Shown here piece after piece: positions 36,284 to 45,170 of a stretch of DNA of 48,913 nt. A program made the position numbers and the translations under genes. Source of the stretch: an uncultured bacterium (GTDB lineage: Bacteria; Patescibacteriota; Minisyncoccia; Phycocordibacterales; GWA1-40-21); the NCBI GenBank assembly GCA_903823865.1, contig CAIJUJ010000029.1:1-48913 (forward strand), given 5' to 3'. Every line of letters begins with the position of its first letter. Within the stretch, counting starts at the first letter, position 1. The notes beneath the pieces were generated by a model. It saw only the letters and a program-made list of their open reading frames with translations, did not search any database and was not told the origin of the DNA.

Positions 36284-36855
36284 TATTTCCCCGCTCTTCC
36301 CACATAATCTCCCGTTTCAGTATTTACGGTAACAATCTCACCTTCAGTAATAAATAATGGTCCATTTATTATTGCGCCACTTTCAAGTGTAATTTGTTTT
36401 GTTCCACCACTTGATGTGTCTCCCCTCACAGCTCCCGGAGCGTCTGTAACTTTTAAATCAACTTTTGTTGGTAGCTGAACTCCAATAATTTTTTCATTAA
36501 AAATCATGGTTTCAACAAGAGAATTGGCTTTCATAAACTTTGCTGGACTTCCAATGATTTCTCCGTCTATTTCAAATCTTTTTGAAGGATCTTTTGGATC
36601 ACAAAACCAATATTTCCCTTTATTTTCATATAAAAATTTTGCGTCTTTGTATTCAATTTCAGCTTCTTCCACTCTTTCGGATTGGTGAAAAGATATTTCT
36701 GTAACCTTACCAGTGATAAGATTTTTCAACTTTGTTGCGTTAACGGGCTTTCTCATTTGTTTTCTGAATACATGAGAAGAAAGTACTTCAAAAGGTTGAC
36801 CCTCATGAATTATGATTTTTCTGACGACTATATCACTGTAATCTAGCATTGCCAT
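36283..36855 (-). CDS. efp: Elongation factor P
   Basis: KLKNLITG, PGAVRGDTSSGG, LESGAIINGPLFI.EGE..VNT.TG.Y. Confidence 0.9.
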   Translation of the reverse strand: MAMLDYSDIVVRKIIIHEGQPFEVLSSHVFRKQMRKPVNATKLKNLITGKVTEISFHQSERVEEAEIEYKDAKFLYENKGKYWFCDPKDPSKRFEIDGEIIGSPAKFMKANSLVETMIFNEKIIGVQLPTKVDLKVTDAPGAVRGDTSSGGTKQITLESGAIINGPLFITEGEIVTVNTETGDYVGRAGK

Positions 36856-36896
36856 AACAATTTAATTTTAAACTATTACTTATAATAAAATAGATT

Positions 36897-37097
36897 TTAT
36901 CTTGCGACGAAAGGTAAAAGCGCCATAAATCTTGCTCTCTTTATTGCTTCAGAAAGCTGTCTTTGACTTCTTGCTTTGACATAGGTTTTCTTTTTTCCCT
37001 GCATTCTTGCATGAGGATTCAAAAACTTCTTCAAAAGTTCTACGTCTTTGTAATCTACATACTTTATATTATTTTGTGAAAAAAAACATTGTTTCAT
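36897..37097 (-). CDS. rpsR: 30S ribosomal protein S18
   Basis: VDYKDVELLKKF..QRQL..AIKRARFMALLP. Confidence 0.93.
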   Translation of the reverse strand: MKQCFFSQNNIKYVDYKDVELLKKFLNPHARMQGKKKTYVKARSQRQLSEAIKRARFMALLPFVAR

Positions 37098-37123
37098 TTT
37101 TGTATTTTATTAATTATTTTTAT

Positions 37124-37585
37124 TTAAAAAGGTATATCTTCTGGATTAATTTCTTCTGTTGGATATTCTATAGTGTCCATTTGTGGTGCTTTTGCTTTTG
37201 GCTCGGCTGGTGCACTTGGTTGGCTTTTTTTAAAACCTTCCCCACTTCTTCCGCCGGAACTTGGCCCAAACTGGAAATTATCAACTATTATTTCTGTTCT
37301 GTATTTTTTCGTACCATCATTTTTGTCATCCCAACTTCTTGTTTCAATTCTTCCCTCTACGAAGACACTGCTTCCTTTCTTTAGGTATTGAGCCATTATT
37401 TCAGCCTGTTTACCAAAAGAAACTATATTGTGAAAACTTGTACTTTCTTGCTTAACGCCATTTTTATCTTTCCATGTTCTGTTTGTAGCAAGACCAAATG
37501 ACACAACTTTTATACCAGAAGGTAGAGATTTGAGTTCTGGGTCTCTTGTTATATTTCCAAAAAGAAATGCTTTGTTTAAATACAT
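37124..37585 (-). CDS. ssb: Single-stranded DNA-binding protein
   Basis: LNKAFLFGNITRDPE, LATNR, VFVEGRIETRSW and C-terminal DIPF. Confidence 0.97.
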   Translation of the reverse strand: MYLNKAFLFGNITRDPELKSLPSGIKVVSFGLATNRTWKDKNGVKQESTSFHNIVSFGKQAEIMAQYLKKGSSVFVEGRIETRSWDDKNDGTKKYRTEIIVDNFQFGPSSGGRSGEGFKKSQPSAPAEPKAKAPQMDTIEYPTEEINPEDIPF

Positions 37586-37597
37586 GTTTTTAAAAAA

Positions 37598-38104
37598 TTA
37601 AATTTCTTCTGACACCAATGCGTCAATTGATTTGTCTATTTCTTCAATTGTTGCTGTTTTTTCGGCTTTGACTACTTTGTCTTCTTTAAGATTTGTTTTG
37701 ATTTTTGCATCTTTGTCTGAGAACACGGTAATTTTTGGAGAATACATTGTGTTTTCTCTAACTGTTTTGATAACAATATATCTCAAAATTGAATCATTGT
37801 TTTTCATTGCCAAATCAATATTTCTGACATCCCCTTCTTCGGTAAGCTCAAATTTAATAAAACCAAAATATGCTTTGTCGTAAGTTTTATAGATACCACC
37901 AAAACCTTTCTTGATAGAATATGCCAAAGGTCTTAGCTTTGGAGCTTCTTCTGAGATAATAATGGCCTTTTCTTTGGCCAAATATGCTTTGATTTTCTCT
38001 ACTTCTGCCGGAATATTCTCTTCTGCAACAGAGGAAATAATGTGATATCCGACTTCGTATATCTTTTCTTCGCTATTTTTTGCAACTTTTTCCTTTTTAC
38101 TCAT
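37598..38104 (-). CDS. rpsF: 30S ribosomal protein S6 (extended)
   Basis: YEVGYHI, LRPLAYSI and ILRYIVIK; rpsF-ssb-rpsR order. Confidence 0.9.
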   Translation of the reverse strand: MSKKEKVAKNSEEKIYEVGYHIISSVAEENIPAEVEKIKAYLAKEKAIIISEEAPKLRPLAYSIKKGFGGIYKTYDKAYFGFIKFELTEEGDVRNIDLAMKNNDSILRYIVIKTVRENTMYSPKITVFSDKDAKIKTNLKEDKVVKAEKTATIEEIDKSIDALVSEEI

Positions 38105-38153
38105 GAGCGAAATCCTATCATAATACTGGCCTTATTGCAACAAAACGACGCCT

Positions 38154-38314
38154 GTCGTTCCCGCGAAAGTTGAAATTTGGGTTGGGACCCAAATGAAAAA
38201 CCTTTTCAGAATTTTTGTGAAGGAGACGAAACAAAAAATCGAAAAGGTTTACTGTTCCTGTAAGGCGGGAATCTAGAACTCACAAACATGGATCCCCGTC
38301 TTCACGGGGATTAC
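38154..38314. repeat. Second REP doublet; its first REP is split by the mini-element
   Basis: GTCGTTCCCGCGAAA|insert|GCGGGAATCTAG ... ATGGATCCCCGTCTTCACGGGGATTAC. Confidence 0.75.
38169..38264 (+). mobile_element. 96-bp hairpin mini-element, copy C
   Basis: GTTGAA-ATTTGGG-TTGGGA-CCCAAAT-GAAAA-ACCTTTTC...GAAAAGGT-TTACTG-TTC-CTGTAAG. Confidence 0.7.
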
Positions 38315-38341
38315 ACCGAAAAAATTAACCATTAAATTATT

Positions 38342-39610
38342 TTAGAAATGGAGGACACCCTTGAATTCTTTGTTATCTTTAAACTTCCCAACTATAGCCA
38401 AGTTTAGCCCACCATCTTTAAATATTCTTTCTGCGACAAACTTTATTTCATCGGCGGTTACAGCTTTGATTTCTTTTATAATATCTTCCGGAGTTTTTAA
38501 ATCTTTTCTCAAAACTTCTTGACCGCCCAAAAATCCTGCCTGCGAATCTGAAGACTCAAGGCTGAGATTCAGATTACCTATCAAATATTGTTTAACTTTA
38601 TTTAATTCATCTTGTTTTACTAAAACAGTTTTTAATTTATTAAATTCGGAAATAATTGTGATGATAGCTTCATTTACTCTTTTGCTGTCCACGCCTGCAG
38701 CTACTGAAAGAAAACCATGATCTGTATAAGTATCATTACCAGAACCAACATAATAGCAAATACCCATTTCGTCCCTCATTTTCTGGAAAAGCCTTGAGCT
38801 CAAACCGCCAGACAACACACTATCCATTACTCTAATAATTGGGTTGTATTTATTATATGTATTAAATGAGCGGACTCCGAGAATAATGTGTGTCTGATCT
38901 GTATCTTTGTAATGAACAACTATTTGTGGGACTTTTTGGTGTTCTATAACTTTTTCTTTTTCATCTTTTTTCCATTTACCAATATCTTTAAAGGCGGTGA
39001 TGACTTTTTTTGTGACTTCTTTTTCATTTATTCTTCCTGCAACAATAACGGTGGTGGCACTTGCAACATAATGTTTATTTCTATAATCAATAAAATCTGT
39101 TCTTTTCATTTTCTGGATATTTTCTTTTGTGCCAGCAATACTTCTGCCAGCTGGAGTATCGCCATACAAAAGTTTCATGAATTCTTCCCCAACAATCCTT
39201 TGTGGTAAATCATTATACATATTTATTTCTTCAATTATCACACCTTTTTCTTTTTCTATTTCTTTTTCTGGAAAAATTGGGTTTAAGTATAAATCAGAAA
39301 CAACATCTAATATGGTATCGAAATTTTTATAATCAGATTTTGCATAATACCCAGTGTATTCATGGTCAGTAAAAGCATTGTACTGAGCCCCAATACCATC
39401 AAGTTCTTTTGTTATAGCAAAAGCAGAAGGCCTTTTTGATGTTCCCTTAAAACAAACATGCTCAAGGAAGTGTGAGATACCACTATTTTCTTTATTTTCG
39501 TATTTTGAACCTGTTTCGACAAGAACGTATATTGTTGTCGTGGGATTTTCTTTCATTGGAATAGTAATAATTCTCATTCCGTTTTTGAGTTTCTTTTTAG
39601 TATAATTCAT
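38342..39610 (-). CDS. M16 family zinc peptidase
   Basis: GISHFLEH (HxxEH), YNAFT, EKGVIIEE and SSRLFQKMR. Confidence 0.92.
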   Translation of the reverse strand: MNYTKKKLKNGMRIITIPMKENPTTTIYVLVETGSKYENKENSGISHFLEHVCFKGTSKRPSAFAITKELDGIGAQYNAFTDHEYTGYYAKSDYKNFDTILDVVSDLYLNPIFPEKEIEKEKGVIIEEINMYNDLPQRIVGEEFMKLLYGDTPAGRSIAGTKENIQKMKRTDFIDYRNKHYVASATTVIVAGRINEKEVTKKVITAFKDIGKWKKDEKEKVIEHQKVPQIVVHYKDTDQTHIILGVRSFNTYNKYNPIIRVMDSVLSGGLSSRLFQKMRDEMGICYYVGSGNDTYTDHGFLSVAAGVDSKRVNEAIITIISEFNKLKTVLVKQDELNKVKQYLIGNLNLSLESSDSQAGFLGGQEVLRKDLKTPEDIIKEIKAVTADEIKFVAERIFKDGGLNLAIVGKFKDNKEFKGVLHF

Positions 39611-39641
39611 ATGCTAATTTTATCATATAAATCAGACAAAC

Positions 39642-39686
39642 AAAAATAAAGGGCTGGTTCGCCTCGCGAACCCGCCCTTTATTTTT
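39642..39686 (-). terminator. Terminator after glyQS
   Basis: AAAAATAAAGGGC..GCCCTTTATTTTT hairpin. Confidence 0.75.
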
Positions 39687-39691
39687 GTTTT

Positions 39692-41110
39692 CTATAATTT
39701 CTTTGCAAAAAATTCTTTCAGCTCATCAATTTTTACCCTTTCTTGATTTCCAGTATCCCTATCTCTTACTGTCACCATATTATCTTTTTCAATTGTTTCA
39801 AAATCTACAGTGACACAATATGGGGTACCAATTTCATCCTGTCTTCGATATCTTTTTCCGATATTTCCATTATCATCAAACTCACACATAAAATCTTTTC
39901 TTAAAATATCATAAATTTCTTTTGCTTTTTCAACAAGAGTTGGTTTATTTCTCAAAAGTGGAAAAACTGCGATTTTTATTGGCGCCAATTGTTTTGGTAA
40001 TTTCAAAAATAGTCTTTTTTCACCACCTAAATTGTCTTCGGTATAGGCATTGTCCAAAAACATAAGAATGAGTCTATTTAAACCAACTGACGTTTCAACA
40101 ATGTGAGGAATAAACCTCTCTTTTGTCTGATCGTCATAATAACTCAAATCAACACCGGAGAATTTTGAATGTTGTGACAAATCCCAATCGCCTCTTGCGT
40201 GAATCCCCTCAACTTCATCAAACCCACCGAGACTAGAAAAATCATATTTAACATCATAAGCTTCCGATGCATAGTGCGCCAATTTTTCATGTTTATACCA
40301 TTTCAATTTATCTTTTGGAATTCCCTGCTCTAAATACCATTTCATTCTCGCATTTTTCCACATTTCATATTTTTCTTTTGTATCTTTCTTGTGGATAAAA
40401 TATTGCATTTCCATTTGCTCAAATTCTCTTGTTCTAAATATAAATTGTCTCGCTGCAATTTCGTTTCTGAAAGCTTTACCAATTTGTGCAATACCAAATG
40501 GCAATTTTGGATGTAGTGAATCTACAGTATTTTTGTATTGTAAATAAATACCGCCACAAGTTTCTGGTCTTAGATAAACAACATTTTCTTCTTTTAATTC
40601 ATCGGTTGGCGAACCGAAATTTGATTTAATCATCAAAGAAAACTTTTTTGCAGACGTTATATCAGAAAGTCCACAAGTGGAACATTTCAATTTTTTCTCC
40701 TCTCGAAGTTTGTCCAACTCTTTATTTATAAAATCAATTGGCATTTTATCTGCTGATATACCAAAACCTTCAAGAATATGATCTGCTCGCATCCTATTGT
40801 GGCATTTTCTACATTCAACTAAAGGATCATCAAAATTACCAACATGCCCTGAAGCAACCCATGTTGTTGGATGCATAAAAATAGCGCTGTCTAACAAGTA
40901 GACATCATCTCTGTCTTGAATCATACTTTTCTGCCAAGAATCTCTGATGTTGTTTTTTAATAGAGTCCCATAATGACCATAGTCATACACCCCACCAAGC
41001 CCACCATATATTTCAGAGCCCTGAAAAACAAAACCCCTTCTTTTACAAAGAGAAATTATTTCTTCCATTCTTTTGTTATTTTCTACTTTAGCAATTTTTT
41101 CTTTTGTCAT
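39692..41110 (-). CDS. glyQS: Glycyl-tRNA synthetase, homodimeric (alpha2) type
   Basis: CKRRGFV, YLRPETCGG, GKAFRNEI, FRTREFEQME, IVETSVG and YRRQDEIGTP. Confidence 0.93.
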   Translation of the reverse strand: MTKEKIAKVENNKRMEEIISLCKRRGFVFQGSEIYGGLGGVYDYGHYGTLLKNNIRDSWQKSMIQDRDDVYLLDSAIFMHPTTWVASGHVGNFDDPLVECRKCHNRMRADHILEGFGISADKMPIDFINKELDKLREEKKLKCSTCGLSDITSAKKFSLMIKSNFGSPTDELKEENVVYLRPETCGGIYLQYKNTVDSLHPKLPFGIAQIGKAFRNEIAARQFIFRTREFEQMEMQYFIHKKDTKEKYEMWKNARMKWYLEQGIPKDKLKWYKHEKLAHYASEAYDVKYDFSSLGGFDEVEGIHARGDWDLSQHSKFSGVDLSYYDDQTKERFIPHIVETSVGLNRLILMFLDNAYTEDNLGGEKRLFLKLPKQLAPIKIAVFPLLRNKPTLVEKAKEIYDILRKDFMCEFDDNGNIGKRYRRQDEIGTPYCVTVDFETIEKDNMVTVRDRDTGNQERVKIDELKEFFAKKL

Positions 41111-41153
41111 ATCTCCAATTTACTTTAAATATTAATTTTTTGCTAGTCTTTCC

Positions 41154-43076
41154 CTACCTTATAACTTTACCAATACCATCAACATATTCTGGATCGGAAG
41201 TAATCGTTGTTGTCACCGGACTTTTTACCTCACCGATTCTTGCCCCAGAATAAACATCGGTTCCACTGATCGTTGCTTCGTTTAACAAATTTAGTTCCTG
41301 CCCAACTTGAGTAATTGAAGGAGTAATTGCAACCTGAAAAGAAACTGTTCGTGCTGGGGAATTTACGCCTATACCATATTTCATTTCACCTATATTCCAA
41401 TCAACCTCACCCGTTCCTTTGTCATAAGTTATAGTTTCTGAATCTGGGCTAGTGTATCCAGTCCACGTTACGTTTGGGGGTAAAAATGCAGAAACTTTTG
41501 CACCAGTGATATTATTGAATGAATCTGACGCAGTCCATGTAATAGTGTAGGTTGTTTGATTATCAACTTGTGGAGGAAATGGCCCACTATTCTCGAATGG
41601 CCCAACCGTTCTAAATCCACGAGATAACAGTTTTAATCCTGAAGATAATTTGAGTGTTTTTGTATCGGAAAAAAGTAATTCCTGCGTCTTTGATCCGTTG
41701 GCACCAACTACGTTTCCAGTAACACTTATGTCCATTTTTATTGATGAGTTCCCAAAAGGAATAGGTGAACCAATATATGGATATAAAGTACTAAAATCAA
41801 AATGTAAATCTCCCTGGTCTGAGGGATTTACTGTTGAAAAACCTCCCTGTGCTCCTTTATCAAAAATAATAGAGTTATTGGAAGAATTATAAAAACCATT
41901 TACGATACTTACTGATTCTTTATCTAATATTTGACCGCTTAACCCAATTTTTATCACCATGTCATAAACCTGCTCAGTCAAATTATTTTGCCAAGAAATA
42001 TCCGCGGAATTCTTACTACCAACATCAATTGCTGTGCTATCACCTGCTTGTTGATTAATTGTCATGACAAGCCCTATAGAAGATTTTTTTAATGATATTG
42101 TCGAAACATAAGTTGCAAGTGGTGTTGTTACAGCTGTATTGTCATTATTATTTGCAATACCAACAGTAAATTTAATCACTCTTTGCTCACCATCTTGCCC
42201 AACAATAGCACCTGATATTCTTATTGTTCTTTTCGCACCGGGTGCCAAATCTCCGATCGCAAAAACACTGCCGTCAGAACTTATAGATTTTGGATTGGAT
42301 GATGACAAATTAAACCCAAAAGGATATTCTGCTTTTAATATTAAGTTTTTTACTATACTCGTGGAATTTGAACTTATATCAATTGAAAAATCTGTAAGCT
42401 GGTTTGAATTGATATCCGTCGGCCCACTAACGCTTACGTTCACAGGGGAAGATGAGATTAAAACGTTAAAATCTTTTTCTTTACTAAAAACTGCATTTGA
42501 GCCAGTCGTTCTGTATTCAACTGTAATTTTTACAACTTGTTGAGAATTTTCTTCACCAAACAATACTGATTTTACTAATCTTTTTTGGCTTTTACCTATA
42601 TTTATATCACCGAGCAACTCACTATATCTTGGATAGTCCTGAGATTGATCAACCGAACTTTTTGTACCAACAGGATACTCAACCTTTAAAGCCACGTTGT
42701 TCAAATTTACATTGTTGTTATTTATAATCTGAATATCTAAAGGTAGTTCTTCACCGCCAGCAATAGAAACCGGCCCACTTACTAAAATGTCAATATTATT
42801 TCCGGAGACAATATTGCTTCCTAAAAAAAACTTTGAGAAAGTAAAACCTAGAGCTAATACAAAAAATATAAAAGCTCCTAAAAGGATTTTTGAGTAAGGT
42901 AATTGGAAATGACTTTCAACTTCTTCGTCTTTAATATCCCATGAAGTTGGTGTATTTGTATTTTGCCCTTCTTGTAAATTATGTCTTCTTTTTATAAAAA
43001 TATTATCAATAGTCTTTGAGTATAGAGACTCCTCTACTTTTTCTATTTTATCTTTTTTCTCATTTTGATCAAACAT
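41154..43076 (-). CDS. Membrane-anchored multi-Ig-fold hypothetical protein
   Basis: Single TM near the N-terminus, then beta-sandwich-like repeats (GPFPPQV..TTYTITW). Confidence 0.75.
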   Translation of the reverse strand: MFDQNEKKDKIEKVEESLYSKTIDNIFIKRRHNLQEGQNTNTPTSWDIKDEEVESHFQLPYSKILLGAFIFFVLALGFTFSKFFLGSNIVSGNNIDILVSGPVSIAGGEELPLDIQIINNNNVNLNNVALKVEYPVGTKSSVDQSQDYPRYSELLGDINIGKSQKRLVKSVLFGEENSQQVVKITVEYRTTGSNAVFSKEKDFNVLISSSPVNVSVSGPTDINSNQLTDFSIDISSNSTSIVKNLILKAEYPFGFNLSSSNPKSISSDGSVFAIGDLAPGAKRTIRISGAIVGQDGEQRVIKFTVGIANNNDNTAVTTPLATYVSTISLKKSSIGLVMTINQQAGDSTAIDVGSKNSADISWQNNLTEQVYDMVIKIGLSGQILDKESVSIVNGFYNSSNNSIIFDKGAQGGFSTVNPSDQGDLHFDFSTLYPYIGSPIPFGNSSIKMDISVTGNVVGANGSKTQELLFSDTKTLKLSSGLKLLSRGFRTVGPFENSGPFPPQVDNQTTYTITWTASDSFNNITGAKVSAFLPPNVTWTGYTSPDSETITYDKGTGEVDWNIGEMKYGIGVNSPARTVSFQVAITPSITQVGQELNLLNEATISGTDVYSGARIGEVKSPVTTTITSDPEYVDGIGKVIR

Positions 43077-43247
43077 TTACTCGAGAAAATTTTTGCTGAT
43101 GAAAATGTGTTGAGGTTATATGAGTGAGTACCATCTAGTTAGATTTACTCTAATAAAAAAGTATATCCATTAAATCCCCATTTTCAACACGTCAGCAAAA
43201 ACTTTAACGGGTTAATTATACCACAATGTTTTTATAGAAAAATAGAG

Positions 43248-43895
43248 CTATAAATGGGTTTCATTCAAAGCATTATTGATATCTAAAATTGCAGTCTGCC
43301 TATTTTTCTTAAATAAATCTAAAATATCTAAAGACAAATCATAATTTTTTACGAAATCTGATAGGTCAACCCCGACGCCCTTAGCTACCGACGATTCTGT
43401 CGGAGAGCCGACCGCACGCGTCGGAGATGTAGTTTTGAAGTAGCCAAGATAATATAAAATTCGAAGCACAGTAATTGTCTCCAGATTTTTTATATTTTCT
43501 AAATTTAAATTATTTTTGAGTAAAAAATTATAAAAAGATTCTACGCTAACAAAAAGCGCTTCGTTTTTTTCTTCTCCATGAAGCAATCTTGTGAGTAAAT
43601 TGAAAACATTTTTAATTGCAATAAGTTTATTTGTATTTTTTATAAAATCACCAGCCTCAATAGTTTGAACGCTTGTGATTCGCCAAATATCTTTTCCTTT
43701 CACCAAAGAAATTTCAACAAAACAAAAATCTTGCAAATGTCCTTTGAGCTTCGATTTGTCTAATCGCACGCCTTGAGCGGTAGCTCTTATAAAACCCAAA
43801 TCTTCCGTGAGCAAAAAATAGTATTTATTCGCCTCTCCAATAGGAATACTTCTGATGATTATGGTTTTGGTAGTGTAAATGTGGTGCATGAGCAT
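43248..43895 (-). CDS. recO: DNA repair protein RecO-like
   Basis: GEANKY..LTEDLG.I.A.AQGVR...SKL.GHLQ (RecO N-terminal OB fold). Confidence 0.8.
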   Translation of the reverse strand: MLMHHIYTTKTIIIRSIPIGEANKYYFLLTEDLGFIRATAQGVRLDKSKLKGHLQDFCFVEISLVKGKDIWRITSVQTIEAGDFIKNTNKLIAIKNVFNLLTRLLHGEEKNEALFVSVESFYNFLLKNNLNLENIKNLETITVLRILYYLGYFKTTSPTRAVGSPTESSVAKGVGVDLSDFVKNYDLSLDILDLFKKNRQTAILDINNALNETHL

Positions 43896-43947
43896 TAGTC
43901 TATCGAGTTTTTAGCTATATTTCAAATCTTCTGATATAATTTTTTAT

Positions 43948-45129
43948 ATGAAAACGGTAAGTAATATTATAGAAAATGTAAAAAAGAATGGAGATAAAGC
44001 TGTAAATAAATATGCAGAAATTTTTGATGGAGTAAAAATTAAAAATTTTAAGGTAAGCAAAAAAGAAATAAAAGATGCGTATAAAAAAATAGATAGAAAA
44101 ACTCTAGAAACGATAAAATTAGCGGCTGCAAATATAAAAAGATTTGCTAAAGAACAATTTAAGCAATTTAAAAATTTTGAATATAAAAAAGAGGGTGTGA
44201 TACTTGGTCAAAAAATAATACCGATTGAAAATATTGGAGTTTATATTCCAGGTGGAAAATATCCCCTGCTATCAACCGCTTTAATGTGCATAATCCCAGC
44301 AAAAATAGCTGGCGTAAAAAATATTATCGCTTGTTCGCCAAAAATTATGCCAGAAGTTATAGTGGCCGCAGATTTTGCTGGGGCTAATTCAATTTATAAA
44401 ATCGGTGGAGTACAAGCAATCGCAGCAATGGCTTATGGAACAAAAACTATACCAAAAGTAAATAAAATAGTTGGTCCTGGAAATATATATGTGACTCAAG
44501 CTAAAAAAGAGATATTCGGTGATTGCGGAATAGATTTTTTAGCTGGTCCAAGTGAAATAATGATTATAGCTGACAAGTGGGCGAATCCAGCCTTTATAGC
44601 AGCAGATTTACTAGCTCAAGCTGAACACGATTTGAATGCTAAACTTATTTTTGCTACAGATTCTCAAAAACTAGTTGATGAAGTTAAAAAAGAATTAAAA
44701 ATTCAATTAAACAACATAACAACTAAAAGTATAGCTGGAAAAACTCTCAAAAAAATAAAAATAATTAAAGTAAAAAAATTGGAAGAAACAATAGATATAG
44801 CTAACGAATCTGCCCCGGAACACTTAGAGTTGCAAATTAAAAATCCTAAAAGATTTATAGATAAAATTAAAAATTATGGTTCTTTATTTTTGGGTGGCTA
44901 CTCTGCAGTAGCTTTTGGAGATTATTGTAGTGGAACAAATCACGTTCTTCCTACAAACAAAGCTGCAAAATATACGGGAGGTTTGTCTGTTAAAGATTTT
45001 ATAAAAATACAAACTTACCAATATGTAACTAAAAATGGAGCAAAAAAATTAGCAAGGATTGCTGCTAATCTTGCTTCTATTGAAGGATTGGATGCTCACA
45101 AAAAATCCGCCATACTTAGATTAAACTAA
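43948..45129 (+). CDS. hisD: Histidinol dehydrogenase (orphan)
   Basis: GGVQAIAA, KIVGPGNIYV, IDFLAGPSE, DLLAQAEHD, APEHL, GDYCSGTNHVLPT and EGLDAH. Confidence 0.9.
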   Translation: MKTVSNIIENVKKNGDKAVNKYAEIFDGVKIKNFKVSKKEIKDAYKKIDRKTLETIKLAAANIKRFAKEQFKQFKNFEYKKEGVILGQKIIPIENIGVYIPGGKYPLLSTALMCIIPAKIAGVKNIIACSPKIMPEVIVAADFAGANSIYKIGGVQAIAAMAYGTKTIPKVNKIVGPGNIYVTQAKKEIFGDCGIDFLAGPSEIMIIADKWANPAFIAADLLAQAEHDLNAKLIFATDSQKLVDEVKKELKIQLNNITTKSIAGKTLKKIKIIKVKKLEETIDIANESAPEHLELQIKNPKRFIDKIKNYGSLFLGGYSAVAFGDYCSGTNHVLPTNKAAKYTGGLSVKDFIKIQTYQYVTKNGAKKLARIAANLASIEGLDAHKKSAILRLN

Positions 45130-45132
45130 TTG

Positions 45133-45163
45133 AAAAGGGCGGCCACTTCGTGGCCGCCCTTTT
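45133..45163. terminator. Bidirectional terminator between hisD and ileS
   Basis: AAAAGGGCGGCCAC-TTC-GTGGCCGCCCTTTT. Confidence 0.85.
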
Positions 45164-45170
45164 ATATTAG

